Below are positions 36,102 to 46,230 of a stretch of 64,000 nucleotides of DNA, piece after piece. The stretch's first letter is position 1. The number at the start of each line of letters is the position of its first letter. The translations under genes and the position numbers were made by a program. Source of the DNA: an uncultured Eubacteriales bacterium (GTDB taxonomy: Bacteria > Bacillota_I > Bacilli_A > RFN20 > CAG-826); contig CAVJSS010000002.1 in the NCBI GenBank assembly GCA_963652335.1, forward strand, positions 27,718 through 91,717, written 5' to 3'. The notes under the pieces were generated by a model. It worked only from the letters and a program-made list of their open reading frames with translations, searched no databases and was not told where the DNA came from.

Positions 36102-38495
36102 ATGGGATTACTCGATAAGATCTTTAAATTCGACAAACGCGAAGTCGATAAATATGCCAGAGAGGCCGAACATGTTTTGGCACTGGATGAGCAAACATCG
36201 AAATTGACGGATGAAGAGCTAGTTGGGAAAACTCGCGAATTCCAAGAAGCGTTGAAAAACGGCGCGACTTTGGAATCTATCAAATATGAAGCCTTTGCGG
36301 TTGCTCGCGAAGCCGCCTATCGTGTTTTGAAACAGAAACCATTCAAAGTCCAAATCATAGGCTCTTTGATTTTGAATAACGGCGACATCGCCGAAATGAA
36401 AACCGGCGAAGGCAAAACCTTGACCGCCACGATGGCGGTTTATCTGAATGCTTTGACCGGCAAAGGCGTCCACGTCATAACCGTTAACGAATATTTGGCT
36501 ACCCGTGACGCCGAATGGATGGGACAAATCTATCGATTCTTGGGCCTTACGGTTGGCGTCAATACCGCCGCTAAATCCTCGGCCGAAAAGAAGGAAGCCT
36601 ACGCTTGCGATATCACTTACACGACGAACTCGGAATTGGGTTTCGATTATTTGCGTGACAACATGGCCCCAAGCCTTTCGAGGCGTGTTTTGCGCGGCCT
36701 CGAATTTTGCGTCGTTGACGAAGCCGACTCCATTCTTATCGATGAATCCAGGACCCCACTCATCATCTCTGGCGGCTCCAGGGCACCAGCTTCCCAATAC
36801 CAAGTCGCAGACAGGTTCGTCAAATATCTAAAGAAAAACGTCGATTACGAAATCGATATTAAAGACAAGACCTGTGCCTTGACTGAATCTGGCAACGAAA
36901 AAGCCGAAAAAATGTTCGGAATCCATAACTTATATGATCCAGAAAACCAAGATTTGGTTCATAGAATCCACCAGGCTCTTAAGGCCAATTACATAATGGC
37001 CCGCGACGTTGAATACATGGTTGATAAAGACAACACCATCCAACTTATCGACCAATTCACCGGACGTATAATGCCTGGACGTGAATATAATGATGGCTTG
37101 CAGCAAGCGATCCAAGCCAAAGAAGGCTGTGAAATCAAGCAAGAAACGATGGTCATGGCTACCATCACTTATCAGAACTTCTTCCGCTTGTATGCCAAAA
37201 TCGGCGGCATGACCGGCACAGCCAAAACCGAAGAAGAAGAATTCAATTCCATTTACAACATGAAGGTTGTCTGCGTTCCTCCAAACAAGCCAGTCATCCG
37301 TGTTGATGACACCGACCTTATCTTTGGCACCCATGATGCCAAATTGAAGGCGTTGGTCAAAGAAATCAAAGAAAGGCATGAAAAGGGACAACCCGTTCTT
37401 ATTGGCACCGTCTCAGTCGAATCCAACGAAGAAATTTCGAAATTATTGACCGAAGCCGGCATTCCTCACGAAGTCTTGAATGCGAAAAACCAGGCTCGAG
37501 AAGCCGAAATCATTTCACATGCCGGAGAAAAGGGTGCCGTTACTTTGGCTACCAACATGGCCGGCCGCGGAACCGACATCAAATTGACCGATGAAACAAG
37601 AGCTCTTGGCGGTTTGTGCGTGCTTGGCACCGAGCGTCACGAATCCCGCCGTATCGACAACCAGCTGCGCGGCCGTGCCGGACGTCAGGGGGATCCCGGA
37701 TATTCCAGATTCTTCATTTCTTTCGACGATGAGTTGATGAGACGTTTCGCCCCTGAAAACATTCGCAACTTGTTCGCCAACAATTTGCAAGACGAAGCAT
37801 ACGAAAACAAGATGCTGGCCAATGCCGTCACCAATGCCCAAAAGCAAATCGAAGGGAAGAACTTCGACACCCGCAAGAACCTTAAGGACTATGATGACGT
37901 TTTAGCCAAACAGCGCCAGATCACATATGACAAACGAGATATCATTTTGTATGCCGAAGACGTCGTCGAATTGGTTCATGACGCTTTCAAGACCACCGGC
38001 AATTTCCTCTGCCGCAAAGCGGAAGATCCAAACGGCGAAGAAGGATTGATCCTTGGATCGTCTTTGAAAAATCTGGTCGAACCGAAATTCTTGCCGGAAG
38101 GAAGCTTGAATGTCGCTGCTTTCGATGGGGCGCCATTCGAAGAGGCTGGTTATGACTTGGGCGAGCTCCTCTATTCCGCTTACCTTAAAAAGAGGAAGAC
38201 TTGGCCAAATTCGACTGCTGATAGCATCGAAAGACAGATATTGCTTTCGGTCATTGACCGCAATTGGCAAAAACATATCGATACCATGGCCCATTTGCGT
38301 GAAGGCATTGGTCTCCGTTCATATGCCCAAAGAAACCCACTTCAAGACTATGTAAACGAAGGTTATGAGCTTTTCAATGAGCAAAACGAAAAAGGTTCCG
38401 TTGACATCGCCTTTAATTTATTGAACGTCCGCGTCGTCAAAAAAGATCCAGAAACCGGAAAAGAAACCCCTATCGAGGAGGAAGGAAAGGAATAA
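36102..38495 (+). CDS. secA: preprotein translocase ATPase SecA
   Basis: MGLLDKIFKFDKREV start, MKTGEGKTL, VDEADSILIDESRTPLIISG, TNMAGRGTDIKL. Confidence 0.95.
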   Translation: MGLLDKIFKFDKREVDKYAREAEHVLALDEQTSKLTDEELVGKTREFQEALKNGATLESIKYEAFAVAREAAYRVLKQKPFKVQIIGSLILNNGDIAEMKTGEGKTLTATMAVYLNALTGKGVHVITVNEYLATRDAEWMGQIYRFLGLTVGVNTAAKSSAEKKEAYACDITYTTNSELGFDYLRDNMAPSLSRRVLRGLEFCVVDEADSILIDESRTPLIISGGSRAPASQYQVADRFVKYLKKNVDYEIDIKDKTCALTESGNEKAEKMFGIHNLYDPENQDLVHRIHQALKANYIMARDVEYMVDKDNTIQLIDQFTGRIMPGREYNDGLQQAIQAKEGCEIKQETMVMATITYQNFFRLYAKIGGMTGTAKTEEEEFNSIYNMKVVCVPPNKPVIRVDDTDLIFGTHDAKLKALVKEIKERHEKGQPVLIGTVSVESNEEISKLLTEAGIPHEVLNAKNQAREAEIISHAGEKGAVTLATNMAGRGTDIKLTDETRALGGLCVLGTERHESRRIDNQLRGRAGRQGDPGYSRFFISFDDELMRRFAPENIRNLFANNLQDEAYENKMLANAVTNAQKQIEGKNFDTRKNLKDYDDVLAKQRQITYDKRDIILYAEDVVELVHDAFKTTGNFLCRKAEDPNGEEGLILGSSLKNLVEPKFLPEGSLNVAAFDGAPFEEAGYDLGELLYSAYLKKRKTWPNSTADSIERQILLSVIDRNWQKHIDTMAHLREGIGLRSYAQRNPLQDYVNEGYELFNEQNEKGSVDIAFNLLNVRVVKKDPETGKETPIEEEGKE

Positions 38496-39611
38496 TGGAA
38501 GAGCTAGTCGAATTACGCCAGAGGATCGAAGAACTCGAATCTCTCGTTACGCAGCTCGGTGATTCTCTTTGACTTGGATCATTTAAACAAAGAAATCCAT
38601 GAGCTTGATGAGCGACAAAACGTCGAGGGCTTTTGGAATGATCAAAAATCAGCCATAGTCGTCGTCAACAAATTGGCTGATTTAAAGAAACGGGTCGATA
38701 GCTTCACCCAAATCAAAAAAGACTATTCCGACCTTTCGGAGGTTTTCCAATTAGCGTCAGAAGACGAAGAAATCAAAGCGATGATTCCGTCTTTGCTAGG
38801 CGATTTGGAGCAGAAAGTCGCATCTTTAAGGAATTTGCTATTGTTCTCAGGCGAATATGACAATCTCAACTGCACGCTTGAGATCCATCCAGGAGCCGGC
38901 GGGACCGAAGCTCAAGATTGGGCTGACATGCTTTATCGCATGTATGTCAGGTTTGCCGAAAGAAACGACCTCAAACTAAAAGTTCTCGATTATGAAGCCG
39001 GCGATGAAGCTGGCATCAAATCGGTCACTTTGAGCATTTCTGGAACGCACGCCTATGGTTTGTTAAAAGGCGAAAAAGGCGTTCATCGCCTTGTTCGAAT
39101 CTCGCCTTTCGATGCCGGGGCTAGAAGGCATACTTCTTTCGCTTCTATCAATGTCGTTCCCGAATTCGCCGACGTCTCGGAAGTCGTGATTGACCCAAAA
39201 GACTTGAGAGTCGACACGTTTAGAAGCGGCGGAGCCGGAGGACAGAACGTCAACAAAGTTTCCTCAGCCGTTCGTATAACCCATATTCCAACCGGCATCG
39301 TCGTTCAATGCGAAATAGAACGTTCCCAACTTATGAACAAAGCTACCTGCATGGAAATGCTGAAAAACAAATTGATGCAGAAGAAATTGGAAGAAAGAGA
39401 AGCCCAAATGAAGGGCATCGTCGGCGAGCAAAAAGCCATTGAATGGGGATCCCAAATCAGATCGTACGTTTTTTGCCCATATACTTTGGTCAAGGATCAT
39501 CGAACAGGCGAAGAAACATCCCAAGTAAATGATGTGATGGACGGCAATATCATCCGCTTCCTCTATGCTTATTTGGAAATGGAGAGCAGAAACCATGGCA
39601 AAAAAGCTTAA
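38495..39611 (+). CDS. prfB: peptide chain release factor 2, requires programmed +1 frameshift (38495..38569 joined to 38571..39611)
   Basis: ATG 38495 (TAATG with the secA stop) opens a 25-codon frame ending CTT TGA C at 38567..38573. The +1 frame continues as DLDHLNKE... into an RF2 body with SPF (RISPFDAG) and GGQ (GGAGGQNVNKV). Confidence 0.9.
38558..38573 (+). other. prfB +1 frameshift cassette: SD-like GGTGAT, 3-nt spacer, CTT TGA C
   Basis: GGTGAT 38558..38563, TCT spacer, slippery CTT 38567..38569, in-frame TGA 38570..38572 followed by C. Confidence 0.85.
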
Positions 39612-40590
39612 TAAACGGGTTTGGAGGTACATACAAGCCTACGCTTATATCGTGTTAGGCTGCCTTGTCACAGCTTTTGGAGGAGCGGTTTTCCTCACCC
39701 CTTGCAACATCGTTGCCGGCGGCATCACTTCGATAGGTATTATTTTGAATCATTATCTGGAACCGTTGCTTGGATTCGATACAAACTCTTTGGTATCTGC
39801 CGTGTTCCAGGTTCTGGCTTTGATCATGGGATGGCTTATCTTAGGCAATTCGTTTGGCGTTCGCACCGCGGTTGCTTCATTGTTGTTCGTTGGCTTTTAT
39901 GCCTTGTTCAACGAACTTGACGTTGGGTCTGCTCTAGGGTTATCAAAAGCTTATGAAGTCGCCAGAACCGCCGATGTCACGGAATCTGCCGGAACCTTGA
40001 CCCTTATGGCTATTGCCGGAGGAGCTTTGCAAGGCATCGGAGTAGGCGTTTCTTATTTGGGCGGCGGATCGACTGGAGGAACGGATATTCCGGGTAGGAT
40101 ATTGGCTAAATTCACGAATATCAAGGAAGGGACGGCCGTTTTTATCATCGATTCTATATTGGTGATTGTCGGCATCATCGTTTTCCGTAATTTCATGCTT
40201 GGCATAATCGCCGTTTTGACCGCATTCGTTTCATCTGTTGCCCTTCAAGCCGTTTATAGCGGTATGAATTCCTATCTTGTGGTGGATATCATCTCCGATA
40301 AATACAAAGAAATACAAGAATATGTCCATACCAAAATGGAAAACGATGGGCATGCCTCGACGATCATCCATGCCCAAGGTGGCTATTCCGGGCTGGAAAA
40401 AGAAATGCTTCGCGTAGTTATTTACAGAAAAGAAGAATCAAAATTCAAATCCGCTATCTACGAAATCGATCCAAATGCTTTCATCGTTATCTCCCAAGCC
40501 AAATCCACCCATGGCTATGGCTTCGATCCATTGTTGGCCAAGCCTGCCATCAATGCGAAGAAAAAGAAAGACAAAGAGAAGAAAAAATAA
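39595..40590 (+). CDS. YitT-family membrane protein (DUF2179 C-terminal domain)
   Basis: ATG 39595 with a GGAGAG SD. Motifs [19 protein letters not shown] and C-terminal AQGGYSG...VVIYRKEE. Lysine tail [10 protein letters not shown]. Confidence 0.8.
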   Translation: MAKKLNKRVWRYIQAYAYIVLGCLVTAFGGAVFLTPCNIVAGGITSIGIILNHYLEPLLGFDTNSLVSAVFQVLALIMGWLILGNSFGVRTAVASLLFVGFYALFNELDVGSALGLSKAYEVARTADVTESAGTLTLMAIAGGALQGIGVGVSYLGGGSTGGTDIPGRILAKFTNIKEGTAVFIIDSILVIVGIIVFRNFMLGIIAVLTAFVSSVALQAVYSGMNSYLVVDIISDKYKEIQEYVHTKMENDGHASTIIHAQGGYSGLEKEMLRVVIYRKEESKFKSAIYEIDPNAFIVISQAKSTHGYGFDPLLAKPAINAKKKKDKEKKK

Positions 40591-42566
40591 TGTACGACGA
40601 ATCGCACCCATTCGAACTTGTTTCTGAATTCTCCCCAACCGGCGATCAGCCTAAGGCCATAGAAAAAATCCTTACCGGTTTTGCATTAGGCAAAAAAATG
40701 CAGGTCATTTTAGGTGCGACTGGAACGGGCAAAACATTCACGGATGCCAATATCATTCAGGCGGTAAACAAACCGACCTTGGTTTTGGTTCATAACAAAA
40801 CGTTGGCTAGTCAGCTTTATGGCGAGCTTAAATCGTTCTTTCCAAACAACCGCGTCGAATATTTCGTTTCCAATTTCGATTTTTATCAGCCAGAGGCCTA
40901 TGTTCCGAAAACGGATACCTATATCGAAAAAAACGCGGTGATGAACGATGAGATAGAGATGCTTAGGACTTCCGCGGTAAATTCTTTGATTGAAAGGAAG
41001 GATACGATTGTCGTCGCTTCCGTCGCATCGATATATGGCCTTAGCGATCCTGAAGAATATTCCGGACTGGTCTTTGATATAAGACAGGGAGAAACGATTG
41101 ATAGGAAGGCGCTTTTTTCCAAATTGGTCGAATCTCAATATCATCGCGACAATTATGATCTGGCCCCTGGGACGTTCAGGGTAAGAGGAGACATCATCGA
41201 TATAGCCCCAATGTCTTCAAGCGAACATTTCATTCGCATAGAATGCTTTGGAGACGAAGTCGAAAGGATCGCCAAATGCGATTCTTTGACTGGAGAGCGC
41301 CTTGAAACGTTTAAAACCTATCCAATTTATCCTGCTTATGACCACGCTTCGACGAGAAAGCGTTTGGAAGAGGCTTGCGTCACCATCAAGGAAGAACTCA
41401 AAGAAAGATTGGCTGAATTGCGTAAAGAAGGCAAACTTCTTGAAGCGGAACGCCTTGAGATGCGAACCAATAATGACGTCGAATCATTGTTGGAATTCGG
41501 ACGGTGCCCAGGAATAGAAAATTATTCAAGGCATATCGACAAAAGAAAGCCGGGCCAAAGGCCATGGTGTCTTCTTGACTATTTCCCATCCGATTTTCTT
41601 TTGCTGATAGATGAATCGCACGTAACCATTCCTCAAATCAGAGGAATGTATTTGGGTGATAGATCGAGAAAACAAACTTTGGTTGAATACGGATTCCGTT
41701 TGCCTTCTGCCTTGGACAACAGGCCGCTTAATTTTTCTGAATTTGAATCGATTATGCCTAATCGAATAGTTTGCACTTCGGCCACCCCTGGCGAATACGA
41801 ATTGGATAAGTGCGGCCATGATGTGGCGGAACAGATAATCCGTCCGACCGGTTTATTGGATCCCGAAATCGAAATCAGGCCTTCCTTTGGCCAAATCGAT
41901 GACATTTTGGACGAAATAAAGAAACGCCAAGAAAGAAATGAGAGGGTGATGATAGTAACCTTGACCATAAAAATGGCGGAAGACTTGACCTCCTATCTAA
42001 AAAACGAAGGAATTAAAGTCACTTATCTTCACAAAGACACCAAAACCTTGGAAAGAAGCGAGATAATCTACCAACTTAGAAAAGGAAAATATGACGTCTT
42101 GGTTGGCATCAACCTTTTAAGAGAAGGTCTAGATATACCTGAAGTATCTTTGATATGTATTTTGGATGCCGACAAAGAAGGATTTTTGCGGAGCAGAACT
42201 TCACTTATCCAGACTATTGGGCGCGCCGCAAGAAACGCGAATGGCAAAGTCATAATGTATGCCGATCAAATCTCCGAAGCCATGAAAGAGGCTATTTCAG
42301 AGACAAAACGAAGAAGAGAGATCCAAGATGCATATAACCAAGAAAACGGCATAATCCCAATGACGATCATCAAGGAAATCAGACCTCCAATATCAAATTA
42401 CGAAGAGGAGAACCAACTAGACAACGTTTCCAAGATGTCTAGATCGGAAATCGAAAGGAAGATTGCTGATTTGACGAAACAAATGAAACAAGCTGCAAAA
42501 GAATACGATTTTGAAAGGGCGGCCGAACTAAGAGATGCTATGTTGGAACTCAAAGGAATGCTTTAA
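40590..42566 (+). CDS. uvrB: excinuclease ABC subunit B
   Basis: [22 protein letters not shown], and the C-terminal UVR motif [16 protein letters not shown]. Confidence 0.95.
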   Translation: MYDESHPFELVSEFSPTGDQPKAIEKILTGFALGKKMQVILGATGTGKTFTDANIIQAVNKPTLVLVHNKTLASQLYGELKSFFPNNRVEYFVSNFDFYQPEAYVPKTDTYIEKNAVMNDEIEMLRTSAVNSLIERKDTIVVASVASIYGLSDPEEYSGLVFDIRQGETIDRKALFSKLVESQYHRDNYDLAPGTFRVRGDIIDIAPMSSSEHFIRIECFGDEVERIAKCDSLTGERLETFKTYPIYPAYDHASTRKRLEEACVTIKEELKERLAELRKEGKLLEAERLEMRTNNDVESLLEFGRCPGIENYSRHIDKRKPGQRPWCLLDYFPSDFLLLIDESHVTIPQIRGMYLGDRSRKQTLVEYGFRLPSALDNRPLNFSEFESIMPNRIVCTSATPGEYELDKCGHDVAEQIIRPTGLLDPEIEIRPSFGQIDDILDEIKKRQERNERVMIVTLTIKMAEDLTSYLKNEGIKVTYLHKDTKTLERSEIIYQLRKGKYDVLVGINLLREGLDIPEVSLICILDADKEGFLRSRTSLIQTIGRAARNANGKVIMYADQISEAMKEAISETKRRREIQDAYNQENGIIPMTIIKEIRPPISNYEEENQLDNVSKMSRSEIERKIADLTKQMKQAAKEYDFERAAELRDAMLELKGML

Positions 42567-42701
42567 ATAGATCGGAAGTCCAACAATTTTGTGGCAGCGA
42601 GAAAACGTTTCACAATAAAGGCAACAGATAAAACCAAAAGCATAAGGAACGAGAAGACAAACAAAAAATTCTCGATTTTCCCAATTGGTTGAAATGCGAA
42701 C

Positions 42702-42730
42702 TTGCCTAGGCAAGAGGAATTGAATATAGT
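42702..42730 (+). promoter_or_regulatory. candidate secG promoter TTGCCT-17-TATAGT, with the -35 inside palindrome TTGCCTAGGCAA
   Basis: TTGCCT 42702..42707, TATAGT 42725..42730, and the 12-bp palindrome at 42702..42713. Confidence 0.35.
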
Positions 42731-42765
42731 AATAGGGCACTTTATAAGTGCGTAGGTAACGAACA

Positions 42766-43065
42766 ATGCTTCAATGGTATGACATCATTTTCATCATCAT
42801 CTCGCTCATCCTCATTGTTTTGAGTTTGCTTCAAGGTGGTAAATCGGAAGGTGCCTCTGGCGCTATCACCGGTGGTGGTTTGAATGTCTTTGCCAAAACC
42901 AAAGAACGCGGAAGCGAAAAAGTCGTCAGCTGGCTGACGTTCGGCTTTGCGATCGTCTTCTTGTTCATGGCTTTGCTGATCGTCGTTATCGGCAACGGCG
43001 GAAGCGATACCGATTCTTCCAGCGCCAGCGAGGCTGCCGCAGCCATAGCGATGTTCGTTCATTAA
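42766..43065 (+). CDS. secG: preprotein translocase subunit SecG
   Basis: 99 aa with two TM spans and the SecG-like stretch LLQGGKSEGASGAITGGG...FAKTKERG. Confidence 0.8.
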   Translation: MLQWYDIIFIIISLILIVLSLLQGGKSEGASGAITGGGLNVFAKTKERGSEKVVSWLTFGFAIVFLFMALLIVVIGNGGSDTDSSSASEAAAAIAMFVH

Positions 43066-43084
43066 TAAAAACAAAACAATCAGC

Positions 43085-43107
43085 AACCGCCTATGTGGCG
43101 GTTTTTT
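43085..43107 (+). terminator. intrinsic terminator
   Basis: AACCGCC-tatgt-GGCGGTT followed by TTTT. Confidence 0.8.
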
Positions 43108-43154
43108 AAAACTTATTGATGAAGTGAAAATACAATCGTGCTACTTTTGATTTT

Positions 43155-43943
43155 ATGGAAATCAAAGAATACGTGGCCAAAAGAAAAAACGAATTGAAAG
43201 AAGTTATATCAAAGTTAGATAAAAAGCCCACCTTGTGCATAATTTCAGTTGGCGAAAACCAGGCAAGCCAAGCTTATATCAAAGGCAAGATGAAGGATTC
43301 TGCCGAAGTTGGATTCAACGTTGTTCATGTGGCGTTGCCAGAAAACATAACCCAAAATGAGCTAGATCAAATAATTTTGGATAAAAACAACGATTCGAAT
43401 ATCGACGGAATATTGGTACAGCTGCCTATTCCAAAACATTTGTCTCCCGACAAGGTGAATCAGATACTTGACCCAAACAAAGACGTGGATGGTTTTGTGC
43501 CTAACAGCAAATTCATCTGCTGCACACCAAAGGGGATAATGGATTATCTTTCGAATGAAGGATTCGAATTCAGCGGGAAAAAAGCGGTGGTCATGGGAAG
43601 GAGCCACATCGTAGGAGCCCCAATGGCTGAACTTCTTAGAAAAAACGGTTGCAGCGTCGCCGTAATTCACAGCCAAACCAGCGAAGAAGATCGGATCAAA
43701 TGGTTAAAGGATGCCGAATTGATCGTTGTCGCAGTCGGAAAAAGAAACATTTTGAATAGTTCGTATGAATTGAATCCAAACGCCTATGTAGTTGACGTTG
43801 GAATCAATCGTGATAAATTTGGAAAGCTTCACGGGGACTGTGAGCCAAATCTGCCAGTCAAGCTCCAAACACCGGTTCCTGGAGGGGTTGGTTTATTGAC
43901 AAGATTGGCTTTGCTAGACAATCTGCTTGATGCTGCTAGATAA
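43155..43943 (+). CDS. folD: bifunctional methylenetetrahydrofolate dehydrogenase/cyclohydrolase
   Basis: LCIISVGENQASQAYIKGK, DGILVQLPIP, CTPKGIM, VVMGRSHIVGAPMA, PVPGGVG. Confidence 0.9.
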   Translation: MEIKEYVAKRKNELKEVISKLDKKPTLCIISVGENQASQAYIKGKMKDSAEVGFNVVHVALPENITQNELDQIILDKNNDSNIDGILVQLPIPKHLSPDKVNQILDPNKDVDGFVPNSKFICCTPKGIMDYLSNEGFEFSGKKAVVMGRSHIVGAPMAELLRKNGCSVAVIHSQTSEEDRIKWLKDAELIVVAVGKRNILNSSYELNPNAYVVDVGINRDKFGKLHGDCEPNLPVKLQTPVPGGVGLLTRLALLDNLLDAAR

Positions 43944-43963
43944 TTATTAACGGAGGTAGCGAT

Positions 43964-44335
43964 ATGAAATATTGTTCTCATTGCGGTGCTGAACACTGCG
44001 ACGATGCCGTGATTTGCACAAAATGTGGTTGTGCTTTAGATCCAATCAGCAAAGAAATTAAACCAACCGAAAAGACAAAAGAAGAAAAATATGCCTTGGC
44101 TGGGATGGTTTTAGGCATTATTGGCTTGGCTTGCTCCGGATCTCTTGTTGCCGGCTTGGTTTGTTCGATTCTTGGGATAATCTTCTCTTCGTTGGCAAGA
44201 AAGAAAACAAAAAGCGGTCAAGCGACAGCCGGGCTGATCACCGGCATCATCGGCTTATCGATCACGGCTATTATCATTTTTATCGAAATTCTGTATTTCG
44301 GATATGTGTTTTGGCTTTTCGCTTTCCTTTGCTAA
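43964..44335 (+). CDS. zinc-ribbon / multi-TM small membrane protein, paralog 1
   Basis: MKYCSHCGAEHCDDAVICTKCGC (CxxC...CxxC) followed by glycine-rich TM helices (GMVLGIIGLACSG..., AGLITGIIGLSITA). Paralogs at 52206 and 54429. Confidence 0.8.
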   Translation: MKYCSHCGAEHCDDAVICTKCGCALDPISKEIKPTEKTKEEKYALAGMVLGIIGLACSGSLVAGLVCSILGIIFSSLARKKTKSGQATAGLITGIIGLSITAIIIFIEILYFGYVFWLFAFLC

Positions 44336-44353
44336 GCTATATTTGCTTACCGG

Positions 44354-44381
44354 ACGCCTCCTTGCGCTAGGAGGCGTTTTC
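44354..44381. terminator. bidirectional terminator hairpin between convergent genes
   Basis: ACGCCTCC-ttgcgcta-GGAGGCGT followed by TTT. Confidence 0.7.
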
Positions 44382-44682
44382 AATCTATGCCCACGATGTT
44401 TTTGAAAGATATCTTCATATCGTTTATTTCCAACATTTTATATATCGGATCTATTTTTCTGATTGTTCCTTCGATCTCTTTTACGTGTCCCCCAAGATAA
44501 ACGGAGAGGATCACGACCCCCCCTTGGTAATTAGACAAGGCGTAATTTATCTCATCGGCCTTCGATTCCGAAATCAACGGCTTGTCTTTGCATTCTCTTT
44601 CCTCGTTCATCGAATTCAAAAAGTCGGTTTGGCTGGTCAATGATTTGTAGGCGACCCATTTTTTAATCCCTCTGTCTTTCAT
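44380..44682 (-). CDS. YolD-like protein (accessory partner of Y-family polymerases)
   Basis: Start MKDRGIKKWVAYKSL at 44682 (ATGA overlap with the polymerase stop). Size and KW..Y/F..L...ISFKNIVGI pattern match the YolD-like family as recalled. Confidence 0.7.
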   Translation of the reverse strand: MKDRGIKKWVAYKSLTSQTDFLNSMNEERECKDKPLISESKADEINYALSNYQGGVVILSVYLGGHVKEIEGTIRKIDPIYKMLEINDMKISFKNIVGID

Positions 44683-45911
44683 CGCTTGTGTCCTCCTATT
44701 TGCCCATGCCGTTCTTTGATGGTTGAATATGCTAGCGAAGATGAACATCTAAGCACGGCGTTTTCGCCATATAAATCGCTTATTAAGTCCAATGTCTTAT
44801 ATAGATTCGTTTCTTTTGGGATATTGCTTATAAGACTTGTTTGATCGTAATCGGATTCGCTTAGCGACGAATACGCGATCGATATATGTCTTATTTGATC
44901 TTTTATTGGGCTTTCTATCATCAATTCCCTCATTTCGGTATACAAGAAAGAGGGAGAGTCGCTACAAAACGCCAAGCTACGTTGCTTGCTATAATACCCA
45001 AAACCGAAGCTGCCCAGCGAAATCGATATCCTTCTTGTTTGCATATTCTCCCTTCTAAGCCTTTTGCATAATTCATCGGTCATTTCTCTAAGCAAAAGAA
45101 GGCATTCTTTTTGGCTATAACCCCTTTTTAAGGTCTGCCCAAGGGTAAGGCTTCTGCTTGTTGGAACATACGCATCTTGGATATTCGAATCATCCAATCC
45201 GTTTGCCATGTTGTGCAATTGATAGCCGATTATCCCAAATTCGTTTTCCAACAAATCGATCGGAGCATAGGCCAATTCCTTCAAAGAGCGGATTCCTATC
45301 TTTGCTAAATGAGCCGAAATCCCATCGGATATCCCCCAAATTTTGCTTATCGGTTCTATTTTCCATAATTTGTCTTTCACATCTTCATAGTCCCAATGGG
45401 CTATGTATGGAGGCTTTTTCTTCCCTTCGTTATCCAATGCCGCTTTGGCCAAAAACATATTCGGACCTATCCCGGCCGTCGCAATCAAGCCTAACTCGTT
45501 TTTTACCCTTCGTTGAATGGATGCAATCAGCTGTTCCGCCGATAGTCCGTACATCCTCATATACGGCCCAAGATTGAGAAAGCATTCGTCGATTGAATAG
45601 ACACGCAAATCTTCTTTGGCTACATAATCTAGGAAAATGGAAACCACCTGTGCGCTCATCCGTAGGTAATATGACATCCTTGGCTGAGCGAATATCATCC
45701 CCGGTACGTTTGGGAGATCTTTCTTTCTACATACGTTAGGAACTCCATATTTCTCTTTCAAATAAGGCGTGGCAGACATAACGACCGAAGAATCGGATCG
45801 ATATGGATCGCAACACACCAAAGGGGTCTTAAAAGGATCTAGGTGCCTACACGCGCATTCGCACGAGGCATAGAAACTTTTCAAATCAATTATTCCGATA
45901 ACCTTTTCCAT
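44679..45911 (-). CDS. Y-family (UmuC/UvrX/ImpB-type) translesion DNA polymerase
   Basis: N-terminus VIGIIDLKSFYASCECA, then SIDECFL, and HhH-like WGISDGISAHLAKIGIRSLKELA. Confidence 0.85.
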   Translation of the reverse strand: MEKVIGIIDLKSFYASCECACRHLDPFKTPLVCCDPYRSDSSVVMSATPYLKEKYGVPNVCRKKDLPNVPGMIFAQPRMSYYLRMSAQVVSIFLDYVAKEDLRVYSIDECFLNLGPYMRMYGLSAEQLIASIQRRVKNELGLIATAGIGPNMFLAKAALDNEGKKKPPYIAHWDYEDVKDKLWKIEPISKIWGISDGISAHLAKIGIRSLKELAYAPIDLLENEFGIIGYQLHNMANGLDDSNIQDAYVPTSRSLTLGQTLKRGYSQKECLLLLREMTDELCKRLRRENMQTRRISISLGSFGFGYYSKQRSLAFCSDSPSFLYTEMRELMIESPIKDQIRHISIAYSSLSESDYDQTSLISNIPKETNLYKTLDLISDLYGENAVLRCSSSLAYSTIKERHGQIGGHKR

Positions 45912-46107
45912 TTCGCTCTCCGCATAAGGATTTTGAGAGAAAACCTGACGAAGGACCAGTCTTGCAATAAGAAGAACGAGGAATGTCCGAAAGAAAAAAT
46001 CAAAGTCGCATAGATATTTGGGCTCCGTTGGTTCATAAATGCAACCAACTTAAAAAAGAAAAGCCGACGGATTCTTATCCAAAAACGACATATTTGGTCA
46101 CTGTAGC

Positions 46108-46118
46108 AACGTTCGAAT
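46108..46118 (+). repeat. 11-nt direct repeat copy 1 (AACGTTCGAAT)
   Basis: Exact copy of 46162..46172, read directly. Confidence 0.9.
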
Positions 46119-46161
46119 ATCTAAAAATCCAAGCATTCCATAAAACAGAGCCATCAATTCA

Positions 46162-46172
46162 AACGTTCGAAT
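46162..46172 (+). repeat. 11-nt direct repeat copy 2 (AACGTTCGAAT)
   Basis: Exact copy of 46108..46118, 54 nt downstream. Confidence 0.9.
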
Positions 46173-46201
46173 CCAACCTTGGTCCATTATCTTGGTTTGC
46201 C

Positions 46202-46230
46202 TTGAATAAGGAGGCGTTTGTTCATATAAT
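46202..46230 (+). promoter_or_regulatory. tRNA-Ala promoter TTGAAT-17-TATAAT
   Basis: TTGAAT 46202..46207 and TATAAT 46225..46230. The tRNA starts 12 nt later. Confidence 0.7.

Noticed and set aside
36219-36803. 194-aa ORF antisense to secA. Similar long antisense ORFs occur at 29602..30192 and 30399..31055 (dnaX), 47468..48040 (lipoprotein gene), 16867..17271, 23020..23385 and 41633..41968.
   Set aside because: All are fully embedded opposite strongly supported genes, with no SD or promoter and no recognisable motifs. Such antisense ORFs arise readily by chance opposite real coding sequence.
42567-42765. 199-nt uvrB-secG spacer as a possible small RNA (it contains GGAAGTCC and GTGGCAGCG strings).
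   Set aside because: It does not match the SRP, 6S or RNase P conserved cores by eye. A promoter for secG explains it more simply. An Infernal scan would settle this.
45912-46000. LexA/Cheo box (GAAC-N4-GTTC) upstream of the Y-family polymerase. The closest candidate is CGGACATTCCTCGTTC on the minus strand, around 45975..45990.
   Set aside because: The spacing (7 nt) and the arms do not fit the consensus. It is reported only as absent by eye.
46108-46172. GTTCGAAT-containing repeats as T-loops of degraded tRNA or tmRNA genes.
   Set aside because: Flanking bases cannot form T-stems or acceptor stems, so there is no cloverleaf or tmRNA-like 5' GGGG / 3' CCA context.
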